From assembly GCF_964355755.1 (NCBI RefSeq), contig NC_092670.1, positions 34,460,388 to 34,524,387 on the forward strand: 64,000 nucleotides of DNA, read 5' to 3'. This DNA is from Antedon mediterranea (taxonomy: Eukaryota > Animalia > Echinodermata). The position numbers and the translations under genes are program-made. Positions 1 through 11,630 of this stretch are shown here, one piece after another; positions within the stretch are counted from its first letter, which is position 1; every line of letters begins with the position of its first letter. A model generated the notes under the pieces. It was not told the origin of the DNA. It searched no databases and saw nothing but the letters and a program-made list of their open reading frames with translations.

Positions 1-82
1 AAATATATAATATAAATAATATTACGTCAGTATTATTTTGATACATATTACATTTTTATATTTCATACAGTAAACGTAAACA

Positions 83-247
83 ATGAAGATTGTGTTTTTA
101 GCTTTAACAATAGCTGTATTGTCTATTGGTACTGAGTCATATCCAGTAGGTTTATGTCCCCCATTCTGGACTCATTTTCAAAGCAGTTGCTATCGAATCT
201 TCGGGACCAAGCTAACATGGTCTGAAGCAGACAAAAGCTGTAACACT
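83..247 (+). pseudogene. C-type lectin first coding exon, truncated by the Polinton-like insertion
   Basis: Signal peptide plus CPPFWTHFQSSCYRIFGTKLTWSEA, nearly identical to the lectin at 22874. Homology stops after TGTAACACT (247), where AGTAGT begins. The 3' half is not found downstream. Confidence 0.85.
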
Positions 248-620
248 AGTAGTAATATATACAGGTACAGCCCCCGTAGAGGGCGTTTGAGGGGATGACA
301 TTAGTTAATCCTATTATAATTAATACAATGGTAAACAATGGTAAGGAAGTAAAACAATGGAGATGTTATTTAATTTGAAAAAGACAATGGTTAACGATGC
401 TAAGGAAGTAAGACAATAGAGTTGTTTGGTTTTGGAAGTTAATCAATGACAACAATAAAAAGACAAGAATATAATGAAGTGATATTTAAGTATGTCTTGA
501 TTGAACTATACCAACATGTACTTAATTTCTTCCGGAATTTTAACAATGGAGCTTCGCAATGAAAGATTGGTGTAACGTGAAGCAAGATGTTAAGTTTCAC
601 TATTTTTCAAAAAATGCAAC

Positions 621-668
621 AATAATAATAATAATAATAATAACACTAATAATAATAATAATAATAAG
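621..668. repeat. (AAT)n microsatellite, possibly the tail of a minus-strand retroposon fragment
   Basis: aataataata... run followed by gctttatt (AATAAAGC on the minus strand). Confidence 0.6.
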
Positions 669-857
669 CTTTATTTAATCACCGATACTTAACTCAACTA
701 AAAGTTGTTTTTCAGTAAGACCGTGCTCAAAGGAAAACACCAACAATAATAAATGTAAAAAGCAGATATCAAATCAAATAATAAAACAATTACAGAAGCA
801 AAAAACAAAAGCAGATAATAAAACAATTACAATGAAATAAAATGAAACAAGGATATG

Positions 858-1310
858 ACAATGACAATTGGCTGAAAAAAATTGAGTAAATGCCGAATGT
901 AATCCTTTGACTGTATATAACTCTCGAATATTTTGTCATCTTTACCTCATTCCACAACGCTACAGCCTGACAGACTTAGCATATTCAACCAAAAACCAAC
1001 AACTAGTTACTATGGGTTCCGTGATTGATCTTACTATGGACTGTGTGGGGAAGCTACTTAATGAAACAAAAGATACACGGCGCTTCGACACAATGTTCCG
1101 ACAGGAAATACAACAATGACAATTGGCTGAAACAAATTCAGTAAATGCCGAATGTAATCCTTTGACTGTATATAACTCTCGAATATTTTGTCATCTTTAC
1201 CTCATTCCACAACGCTACAGCCTGACAGACTTAGCATATTCAACCAAAAACCAACAACTAGTTACTATGGGTTCCGTGATTGAAATCATTGATCTTACTA
1301 TGGACTCTGA
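858..1310 (+). repeat. Direct duplication of promoter plus first codons of the SIM ORF (~858-1043 vs ~1113-1310)
   Basis: acaatgacaattggctgaa...ctgtatataactctcg...atgggttccgtgattga occurs twice; the first copy has a 9-bp deletion and is truncated. Confidence 0.85.
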
Positions 1311-1719
1311 TGTCGAAGAAGAAGTTATAGATATAACCAATGATTCAGAATCTGAAGACGAAGACATACCAGCTATGACTGGTGCCTATTTTACAGCAGA
1401 GGAGGAGGAAGAGATGGAGGATATGACGTGTTTACTGACGATTCAACCCCCACCTCCAATGAACGTTGATTTAAATAATGTATCTATTATGTATACTGAA
1501 GAAGACGATCATTATAGATCGAGAATAATTTCTGACGAGGAGAGGATTGTATATGGTGACACGTCATCGGTAGGTGACTACCACCTATTTTTGGCAAGAA
1601 AAGCAGATGTAAAAGATGAGGTAGAAGATGAGGTGTTTAAGGAAGAGTACCTGAACCCTGTGCTGGAGGCGGAAATTAAGAAAGAAACTATACTACCGAA
1701 CTTAAGTACAAAGAAATAA
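1267..1719 (+). CDS. Acidic ~150-aa Polinton accessory protein with two SUMO-interacting-like motifs
   Basis: First ATG at 1267, ~100 bp after TATATAA; IIDLT-MDSD and VIDIT-NDSESEDED motifs; PPPP; intronless. Confidence 0.6.
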   Translation: MGSVIEIIDLTMDSDVEEEVIDITNDSESEDEDIPAMTGAYFTAEEEEEMEDMTCLLTIQPPPPMNVDLNNVSIMYTEEDDHYRSRIISDEERIVYGDTSSVGDYHLFLARKADVKDEVEDEVFKEEYLNPVLEAEIKKETILPNLSTKK

Positions 1720-1991
1720 TGAGAACAATTGAGGTTTTCATAGAAGAATTAATATTCATTCTGAATGACATGGTTGAATGTTATAACTTTCACGGCTCAA
1801 GATATGAGCAACTCCTAACATTTTTTCGACCAATTCTGGCATTGAAACTTGTGGACAATAGCGCTACCCATTTTGAATTGGCGCTAAACTACTTTCATTT
1901 ACGTTGTATCAATGTTGATGCGTTCGATAAAGCCATAAAGTTGATTACAAATGATTCAGAACTGTTTAATAAGATTCTTAACCAATTGTAA
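1719..1991 (+). CDS. 90-aa unknown Polinton accessory protein
   Basis: Start overlaps the previous stop (TAATG); ORF open in both arms; AATAAA at ~2120. Confidence 0.55.
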   Translation: MRTIEVFIEELIFILNDMVECYNFHGSRYEQLLTFFRPILALKLVDNSATHFELALNYFHLRCINVDAFDKAIKLITNDSELFNKILNQL

Positions 1992-2029
1992 TTTGTACAA
2001 ATTTAAATATTATCTTAACACTTTTAATT

Positions 2030-3370
2030 AATGTTATATATTTTTATAATTCTTATTTCTTTTTTGGTAAATTTATTATTATTATGGTTGTAAAATATAT
2101 TGAAATAGAATGTGTGTTAAAATAAAGGTTGTGTTTTTTTTTAAAGCAACAACGAAAATGAAATTTGATCTTTACGTGTTATTTAAGTATTTGATTTATT
2201 TTTTTAAATTTTCATTTGGGTGAATGAGGGTAATGAGTATGGATGAGTACATAAGAAAAGTATATTACGATCCTAAACATCCTGATAGTTTTGGTGGTGT
2301 GGACCGACTTTATCAAAATGTAAAAGACGATTTAAATATTACCAAGAGACAAGTTCAAGACTGACTGAACAAGCAAGATACATATACATTACACAAATCC
2401 ATTCAACGTAAATTCAAACGAAACTGGGTACTTGTAAGTGCTATTGATGAACAATGAGAACTGGATTTGGAAAAATAACGTGTATAAATTTTGATTCAGA
2501 CAAACTGTTTGCAAAATCAAAGGTTTGACTTTAAATTTCCCAAAATCAAAGGAAGTCAATTTTGAAATAGTTGGTAGCATGGTACGAGGAATCGGACTGG
2601 AAAAAATAACAACTAATCCTAACAAAATAACCCGTAAACCAAAATCTCGCTTAATATTTATTTTATATTATAAATTTGTTAAAGTAGTTACCCTATTTTA
2701 ATTCATGGTAAATTTATTTTTCGAATTAATTTAATTTGTTTTCTTTTCTGTTGAATTTTTATTATTATTATTATGTTTTGTAAAGTGTATTACAATAGAA
2801 TGTGTATTTCAATACATTTTGTTTTTAACATCAACAACAAAAATGAAATTTTATCTTTGCGTGTTGTTTAATTTGTGTATGATGTTTTTCTAATTTATTT
2901 ATACAAAAAAAAATATTGACTTTAAATTTCAAAAATTCAAAGGAAGTCAATTTTGAAATAGTTAGTAGCATAGTACAATGAATCGGCACGGAAAAAATAA
3001 CAACAACTAATTTAATTTAATTCTTCTTTTCTGTTGAATTATTATTATTATTATGTTTGTGAAGTGTATTGCAATAGATTTGTTTAATGAAATAAGTTAA
3101 TTATGTTTTGACTTATTTTATGTCAGTGTAAATTTGTAAAAGTAGTTTTCCTATTTTAATTCATGGTAAATTTATTTCTTGACTTAATTTAATTAGTTTT
3201 CTTTTCTGTTGAAATATTATTATGTTTTGTAAAGTGTAGTGCAATAGAATGTGTATTGAAATAAATTTTGTTTTTAACAGCAACAATAAAAATGAAATTT
3301 GATCTTTGCGTGTTATTTAACTCCTGTATGATGTTTTTCTAATTTATTTCTACAAAAAGAAAACAAGTTT
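2030..3370 (+). repeat. Shuffled imperfect AT-rich repeat modules resembling 3'UTR/polyadenylation regions
   Basis: Repeated ttattatg.ttgtaaagtgtattgcaatagaatgtgt...aaataaa...caacaa.aaaatgaaatttgatctttgcgtgtt at ~2080, 2770, 3050 and 3220; mirrored at ~10320-11790. Confidence 0.7.
2233..2478 (+). pseudogene. Polinton/Maverick retroviral-like integrase, N-terminal remnant
   Basis: Manual translation MSMDEYIRKVYYDPKHPDSFGGVDRLY...ITKRQVQD*LNKQDTYTLHKSIQRKFKRNWVLVSAIDEQ*ELDL matches the typical Polinton integrase N-terminus (YYDP..P.SFGG...W...Q..YTLHK...R.F.R...V..IDEQWQ.DL). Confidence 0.85.
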
Positions 3371-4028
3371 TTGAATTTGTTAAATGTAATTGCAAACACA
3401 CATAATAAATGATTGTGATTAAAAATATTCTGTTTACTTCTTTTTATTTTAAACAGTAGGTCTATAATGTAAAGTTATATTTTATATATAATAAATAATA
3501 TTACAAAAATAAACATACACAATGTATAAAGCATATATTTATTAAATTTAAATACAATTTTTTTATTTCAAAATGAATTTCATATTCTACGTGATTTCAA
3601 TTTTAAATCTTTTAAGAAAGACACAATACGTACTGCTAAAAAAAAACACGCACACAAAAGAGAACAAATTTGAGACGCACGATGTGCAACGACGCTTTCA
3701 ATAAGAAGGCATATTATAAATGTATTTTACAAAATTTATAAAGTGAAGGTAATATTGAGAAATATACATTTTAGATAAATTATAACACATCTAAAATTAA
3801 TTAGAGAGATCAATACAATATGGTGATTATATTAATTTGTTTTGATGACTAGAAGAAACATATGAAGACATTCAACGAAATGCAAGCGTTAACACCATAC
3901 TAGTAACTAAGAATGCTACTACTCTGAAAAAAGCATCTCCCTTCCTACACAGAAACAAAATAAAATTAATTAGTAAACGAAACACGCGCATTATTAATAA
4001 AATAAATAATTTAAGAATATTTGTTCAA

Positions 4029-5824
4029 CTACCCACGAACAAAAAAAAGAAACATACTAACCGATTCATCGTCATTACGAAGTTCAAATAACGAAAACTT
4101 TTCCTTGAAAAATCCACAGGAGACACGTTTTACATTTTCTAACTGCAATTCAGTGTCACATTGTGTCGCAACACATGTACATAAAAGAGTCCTGTCACAA
4201 GTCTACCGACGTTTATATTTCTATCGCTCATCATTTGTTCTAATACATAATACAGCGTTTCCGAAGAAATATCTTTACACAAATCTAACACATTAAAATT
4301 GTTTTCCAACTCTTTACAAGCACGAATAGTACTCTGGAGGATGGGTGAATCCAAAACAACTAACCCCGTCAATCTATATATAAATTTACGTAAGGGCAAA
4401 ATTCGGTAAATCGTGCCTTACTTTTAGAATGTTTACTCGATGGTATATAAAGTTGGTTCGTACTTTCGGTACTGATTTTAACCACCTGATTTAACCCTAT
4501 TTACTAATTAAATTAAGTTAGATAATTAGTTATTGACGATTAAAACGAATTTAGGTTCAACGATTTGCCCCAAAGAGGGGTGTTTTCCGATCGTGGTATA
4601 CACTGTATAATGGATGTCCATCTTGAAAAATACCCACCACAAAAATGCGAGGAGGCTTCGCATTTTCCTATCTCCTCCTACGATAATTGTTTTTAATAGC
4701 TGAAAACCGGTTGAACAGCTAGAGTACAGCATCATAATGTTGAAGACAGGCCGATTTTCTTTAAAAAATACTATTTTGATAGATTTAATATACGTTTATA
4801 CAAATGTATTGATTTACGATGAATGGAACATTCCAATCTCTTTTCCACAAATGTCTATTCCCTCAGGCGTCGTAAAGGTAAGTACTGTATACTCATAACA
4901 GAAATTTGATCCATTTTTTTTTCAATCTGTGCTGCAGAGGTTGGATATACATTTTTTTTAAATGGATAATGAGCTAGCGTTTTCAGTCGCCGTATATTAT
5001 GTACAAATCTTTATTATTGCAGTTAAACCACCCACATCATCACCCTTCCCTCACTGGCATGAGTAGCGTTGTAAAGCCAGTAGGCCTAGGATAGGCCTAC
5101 GGTGCATCGCATGCCCTAAACGCAGAACAACTTTGGTGGGTAGGGTAGGAACCAACTTAAGTATGAATTGGCTCTAAGAAACAATTGAAAACCATTAGGC
5201 CTACTAATTAAGTTGAGTTAGATAATTTAATATTTTCCCCGAATAGAGGTGGTTTTCACAAATTGTTTTACATTATATAAACATACACGTCGTAGTTATG
5301 TATCGTTACATGTACTGTACTATTTCAATCAACTAGGACGGTGATAGTTTCAACAAAGTATTACATCGCAATGTTTTACTGTGTTTAGTGGTATATTTGT
5401 AGAACATGAAAACAATATTTCGTTACTAAATGGATAAAGAATATATTTAAAAATTGTTCCTCTTTTGACCCATCCTCTTCCCCATCCCTCAGCCCTAATG
5501 TTACATACAAAACACAAATTAGGTTTGTTTTAATTTAACTTAAACAATTGGTCTTATTTTGTGACAAGTTTCTCTTTCGGAAGTAATTCCCAGGGTGCTA
5601 ATTTTAGTTGAGTACATACATCAGTGTCTATTTATTCGTTCCTGTAAACGACATGTATTATTGTACGTAGGCCTACATTTGAAATCGCCAGTTTTTTAAC
5701 GCTGAAATTATTATGTATTCGAGAACCATCTGTGGGCACGATCTAGATGGTACGCGAGCGAAGCGAGCGTACCATCTAGTTTATATTCAATGTATGCTAA
5801 AACTACTTCCTCTAAATCAACCAT
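4029..5824 (-). pseudogene. Bcl-2-like ORF, left-arm copy disrupted by a Helitron and a 1-bp deletion
   Basis: Mirror of 9263-9652, split into 5780-5824 and 4029-4372; lacks one base near 4186 relative to the intact copy. Confidence 0.8.
4373..5779 (+). mobile_element. Non-autonomous Helitron
   Basis: 5' TCTATATA; 3' hairpin CTAGATGGTACGC-GAGCGAAGCGA-GCGTACCATCTAG ending in CTAG; inserted between A and T without TSD. The empty site gtcaa|tttatattcaa is visible in the other arm (~9297-9312). Confidence 0.92.
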
Positions 5825-6912
5825 AACGCTCGACAAAACAAATGATAATGGATGTAATTACCAAGAAAGTTCAACTTAAAACATTTATTTTTGTTTTTAA
5901 AAAGAAGTTGTAACATAGAAACTAATTTTGTCAAGATAGTTGTCAAAAATAAATAAATTATATTATACTGAATTTACTTTGTACATTTATTTAATTTAGG
6001 CCGTAATTAGGTTTGTTGTTCATTTATGATTGTGAAAAGAAAATACATACGAATAAAACAGCTATATAAAAAAAAAATTTAAAAAAATAATGATTCAGTG
6101 TTATAATTTTATTTACCTGTCATTATGTTAATAAAACATATTCTAAATTTAATTTATATCATGTTAGATATATTTTCAAGGACATTTTTTACATAAAAAT
6201 AAATTTGTAAAGAAATTTGTTACATAAGATAAATTTGTTAAGAAGCTTGTTTCATAAACATATTTGTGTAGATAAATTTGTTACATAAAAATAATTTTGT
6301 AAAGAAATTCGTTACATAAATTTATTTTTTACAAGAAGTTTGTAACAGAAAATTATTTTGCAAAGAATTAGTTGCATCAATTGATTTTATCAAACGTATG
6401 TAACATAAAAAATTATGTTGTTGAAAAAAATAGTTTGTAATTCAGTCCATTTACTCAGTAGTTTGTTTAAGTTGTTATGTCTTGTTTGTGTAATATTCTT
6501 GTAAATAAAAGAATTTATTTTTAACCTTTGTAACTATTTTGTAAATATCATTTATAAATTTGTTGTTGTTGTAAATAATTGAATTTATTTATACTTTCTG
6601 TATGGAAATAATTATACTAATTTTAAATATCATTATTTGTTTATAAATTTAATTGTGATTTTAGATTTCTTCTTTATTTATTATGTCGATTAATTCAGAA
6701 ACATGTTACACAAGAAACAAAAATTGTCATGAAATTCGTTACATAAAAAATAATTTATCAAGAATCTTTGTTTACATACATTTAATGTTATCATTAAATT
6801 TGTTATAAAATTTATTTTTGTCATTAAATTTGTTACATAAAAAATAATTGTTTCATGATTCTTGTTACATTTTTTCCTTTTGTTCAACTACTTATATGAA
6901 AATTCAAGTTAA

Positions 6913-7150
6913 GAACGCAATGACATTGACTGGGCGTTTAGTGTGATTTCCGGACCGCTTTCCTCCGGTAAATTGGTATTTGTTAACAATCTTTTAGAGA
7001 ATAATTACTTTGACAAGTCGTTTGATGATATGACATAGTGTTATGACAAATATCAAACTTACTTTACGGAACTAATTACTGCAACATCTGACATAAGTTT
7101 TACGAAGGGTATACTTATACATTGGATGTTTTCGATGTTAGTAAATAACA
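6913..7150 (+). pseudogene. Polinton A32/FtsK-like packaging ATPase remnant
   Basis: Manual translation FSVISGPLSSGKLVFVNNLLEN...FDDMT*CYDKYQTYF...ISFTKGI, then frameshifted LDVFDVSK. Degenerate Walker A plus the WCY..xQ and F..G motifs of Polinton ATPases. Confidence 0.7.
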
Positions 7151-7262
7151 CAATAGTGAATAACTAGATGTTTATTTACACCTTCACTGCTATAATTACA
7201 GTTAGAATGTCATAAAGGGTAAATCGGTATTCTTTAAAGAATTAGGCCTATAAAACAATTAA

Positions 7263-7415
7263 CTTGTCGAGTTGCTTGACGTTAGAGAAGTAAATGTTGT
7301 TTGTGTTTACATGTGTGTTATAGTAGAGAATGAATTATAAAATCATTACATTGTCGAGTTTCTTGACGTTAGAGAAGTAAATGCTGTTTGTGTTTACATG
7401 TGTGTCATAGTAGAG
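7263..7415. repeat. Short tandem duplication (~65-bp core, 2 copies)
   Basis: ttgtcgagtt.cttgacgttagagaagtaaatg.tgtttgtgtttacatgtgtgt.atagtagag at ~7264 and ~7351. Confidence 0.85.
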
Positions 7416-7422
7416 TTTGTAA

Positions 7423-8340
7423 TTACGTTTTTTTTACACAACTATCGACAAATACATTTATATTGAAAAAAAACCCCGTAAATATTGTGTCTAAGTGTGA
7501 TTGGATAGTGTTGTCGGTAGATTGTTGGAGTAAGTTTATGTTATAGTCTCCCACAAGGTAAGCTTTCTTTTTTTCTAGATTAATCATTTGCATTACACAT
7601 GTTAATTCATCATCAAACTTTTGCAAGGAACGTGAGGGTGGTCTATAAACTATACCACAAATAACATTATTTCCTGATTCTAACTCAATCTCAATAAAAA
7701 TAGTCTCTGCTTCAGTCATACAAGATGACAGATCATTTCTAATAATGTATGTTAGTTTGTTGGTAACATAGAACGCTACCCCACCACCTCTCTTATCTTT
7801 CCTATCATTGTGAATCAAACTGTAGCCTGGTAACTGGTATAGATTAATATTATCTTTTTCGGTTAACCAGGTTTCACTGAAGGCAATGACGGAGAAGGCA
7901 TGTACGAGTGAGTCTAAATAGTTTGAGATTAAGTCAAACTTATTAACAACACTACGACAGTTTAGTCCAAATATAGAAAAGTTTGATGATAAATTAGAAT
8001 GTTCAAGTAAAGAAATTAAGTTATCTTCGTTAAAATATTCTGTGCTCACATTTACATTATCAAAAAGGTCACATTCAAACATTTAAATTAGACAGAAAAG
8101 GAAATGACAAATGAATAAAATTGAGCAAGCTGCTTACAGCAGAGAATAGTTAATATAACACTATATAGCCTAAGTTAACAAGTATGTACAATAAATTACA
8201 ATATATACAATGTAATATGAATTGTTTTATCATGACATACCAACAACAACTAAACGACAGGCAGTGAAACAATAATGATGATTATGGACTTAACAACTTA
8301 AACAAACTACTGAGTAAATGGACTGAATTACAAACTTTTT
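7423..8340 (-). mobile_element. CR1/L2-like LINE fragment (APE endonuclease, 3'-truncated)
   Basis: ORF 7423-8082 with NCRSV, FSETWL, RGGGVAFYV, VYRPPS and VGDYNINLL motifs; no RT follows. Confidence 0.85.
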
Positions 8341-9262
8341 TTTTCAACAACATAATTTTTTATGTTACATACGTTTGATAAAATCAATTGATGCAACTGA
8401 TTCTTTGCAAAATAATTTTCTGTTACAAACTTCTTGTAAAAAATAAATTTATGTAACGAATTTCTTTAAAAAATTATTTTTATGTAACAAATTTATCTAC
8501 ACAAATATGTTTATGAAACAAGCTTCTTAACAAATTTATCTTATGTAACAAATTTTTTTACAAATTTATTTTTATGTAAAAAATGTCCTTGAAAATATAT
8601 CTAACATGATATAAATTAAATTTAGAATATGTTTTATTAACATAATGACAGGTAAATAAAATTATAACACTGAATCATTATTTTTTTATATTTTTTTTTA
8701 TATAGCTGTTTTATTCGTATGTATTTTTTTTTCACAATCATAAATGAACAACAAACCTAATTACGGCCTAAATTAAATAAATGTACAAAGTAAATTCAGT
8801 ATAATATAATTTATTTATTTTTGACAACTATCTTGACAAAATTTAATTCTGTTATACGGTATTTACTCTATTCAAACTGTGTCATCCTTTGTAAATGTCA
8901 TTAGCTTCTGTCGAAACAATGGGTTTTTTCTTTTCTTTGATCATGTGGATTTCCAATTTCAATCCATTTCTATGTCTAATCTGCAATCATTAATTTCCGT
9001 TCGCTCCTTTTTTGTTTATAAAATCTCTCATTATACTAAGGATTAAAAATTACAATCGGCTCCGTATATTCACATTTTTTGACCAAATTAAATGTTAATG
9101 TTGTAACTTTCTAAACACAAATAAATCACATAAATAATAAAAACACATTTCCTGACAAAATTAGTTTCTATGTTACAACTTCTTTTTAAAAACAAAAATA
9201 AATGTTTTAAGTTGTAACTTTCTTGGTAATTACATCCATTATCATTTGTTTTGTCGAGCGTT

Positions 9263-9652
9263 ATGGTTGATTTAGAGGAAGTAGTTTTAGCATACATTGA
9301 ATATAAATTGACGGGGTTAGTTGTTTTGGATTCACCCATCCTCCAGAGTACTATTCGTGCTTGTAAAGAGTTGGAAAACAATTTTAATGTGTTAGATTTG
9401 TGTAAAGATATTTCTTCGGAAGCGCTGTATTATGTATTAGAACAAATGATGAGCGATAGCAATATAAACGTCGGTAGACTTGTGACAGGACTCGTTTTAT
9501 GTACATGTGTTGCGACACAATGTGACACTGAATTGCAGTTAGAAAATGTAAAACGTGTCTCCTGTGGATTTTTCAAGGAAAAGTTTTCGTTATTTGAACT
9601 TCGTAATGACGATGAATCGGTTAGTATGTTTATTTTTTTTGTTCGTGGGTAG
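9263..9652 (+). CDS. Bcl-2-like protein (putative viral-type apoptosis regulator), intact copy
   Basis: VVLAYIEYKL (BH4-like), IRACKELENNF (BH3-like), INVGRLVT (BH1 NWGR-like), hydrophobic C-terminus; intronless; no clear BH2 GGW. Confidence 0.65.
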   Translation: MVDLEEVVLAYIEYKLTGLVVLDSPILQSTIRACKELENNFNVLDLCKDISSEALYYVLEQMMSDSNINVGRLVTGLVLCTCVATQCDTELQLENVKRVSCGFFKEKFSLFELRNDDESVSMFIFFVRG

Positions 9653-11384
9653 TTTAACAAATATTCTTAAATTATTTATTTTATTAATAATGCGCGTGTT
9701 TCGTTTACTAATTAATTTTATTTTGTTTCTGTGTAGGAAGGGAGATGCTTTTTTCAGAGTAGTAGCATTCTTAGTTACTAGTATGGTGTTAACGCTTGCA
9801 TTTCGTTGAATGTCTTCATATGTTTCTTCTAGTCATCAAAACAAATTAATATAATCACCATATTGTATTGATCTCTCTAATTAATTTTAGATGTGTTATA
9901 ATTTATCTAAAATGTATATTTCTCAATATTACCTTCACTTTATAAATTTTGTAAAATACATTTATAATATGCCTTCTTATTGAAAGCGTCGTTGCACATC
10001 GTGCGTCTCAAATTTGTTCTCTTTTGTGTGCGTGTTTTTTTTTAGCAGTACGTATTGTGTCTTTCTTAAAAGATTTAAAATTGAAATCACGTAGAATATG
10101 AAATTCATTTTGAAATAAAAAAATTGTATTTAAATTTAATAAATCTATGCTTTATACATTGTGTATGTTTATTTTTGTAATATTATTTATTATATATAAA
10201 ATATAACTTTACATTATAGACCTACTGTTTAAAATAAAAAGAAGTAAACAGAATATTTTTAATCACAATCATTTATTATGTGTGTTTGCAATTACATTTA
10301 ACAAATTCAAAAACTTGTTTTCTTTTTGTAGAAATAAATTAGAAAAACATCATACAGGAGTTAAATAACACGCAAAGATCAAATTTCATTTTTATTGTTG
10401 CTGTTAAAAACAAAATTTATTTCAATACACATTCTATTGCACTACACTTTACAAAACATAATAATATTTCAACAGAAAAGAAAACTAATTAAATTAAGTC
10501 AAGAAATAAATTTACCATGAATTAAAATAGGAAAACTACTTTTACAAATTTACACTGACATAAAATAAGTCAAAACATAATTAACTTATTTCATTAAACA
10601 AATCTATTGCAATACACTTCACAAACATAATAATAATAATAATTCAACAGAAAAGAAGAATTAAATTAGATTAGTTGTTGTTATTTTTTCCGTGCCGATT
10701 CATTGTACTATGCTACTAACTATTTCAAAATTGACTTCCTTTGAATTTTTGAAATTTAAAGTCAATATTTTTTTTTGTATAGGCCTAAATAAATTAGAAA
10801 AACATCATACACAAATTAAACAACACGCAAAGATAAAATTTCATTTTTGTTGTTGATGTTAAAAACAAAATGTATTGAAATACACATTCTATTGTAATAC
10901 ACTTTACAAAACATAATAATAATAATAAAACTTTAACAGAAAAGAAAAATTTAAGTCAAGTCAAGAAATAAATTTATCATGAATTAAAATAGGAAAACTA
11001 CTTTTACAAATTTACACTGACATAAATTAAGTCAAAACATAATTTATTTATTTCATTAAACAAATCTATTGCAATACACTTTACAAACATAATAATAATA
11101 ATAAAAATTCAACAGAAAAGAAAACAAATTAAATTAATTCGAAAAATAAATTTACCATGAATTAAAATAGGGTAACTACTTTAACAAATTTATAATATAA
11201 AATAAATATTAAGTGAGATTTTGGTTTACGGGTTATTTTGTTAGGATTAGTTGTTATTTTTTCCAGTCCGATTCCTCGTACCATGCTACCAACTATTTCA
11301 AAATTGACTTCCTTTGATTTTGGGAAATTTAAAGTCAAACCTTTGATTTTGCAAACAGTTTGTCTGAATCAAAATTTATACACG

Positions 11385-11630
11385 TTATTTTTCCAAATCC
11401 AGTTCCCATTGTTCATCAATAGCACTTACAAGTACCCAGTTTCGTTTAAATTTACGGTGAACGGATTTGTGTAATGTATATGTATCTTGCTTGTTCAGTC
11501 AGTCTTGAACTTGTCTCTTGGTAATATTTAAATCGTCTTTTACATTTTGATAAAGTCGGTCCACACCACCAAAACTATCAGGATGTTTAGGATCGTAATA
11601 TACTTTTCTTATGTACTCATCCATACTCAT
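11385..11630 (-). pseudogene. Polinton integrase N-terminal remnant, right-arm copy
   Basis: Reverse complement of 2233-2478; keeps TGG in IDEQW but shares the QD* stop and the truncation. Confidence 0.85.

Noticed and set aside
907-1266. TTG-initiated N-terminal extensions (MTVYNSR..., MAETNSV...)
   Set aside because: Non-ATG starts spanning a TATA box; the first ATG at 1267 is more plausible.
2233-2478. TGA at Trp positions suggesting an alternative genetic code
   Set aside because: The other arm has TGG at one of these sites and the gene is truncated, so these are ordinary nonsense mutations.
2389-2625. 78-aa ORF and its mirror at 11238-11474
   Set aside because: Antisense to the integrase remnant, non-ATG start, no recognisable motifs.
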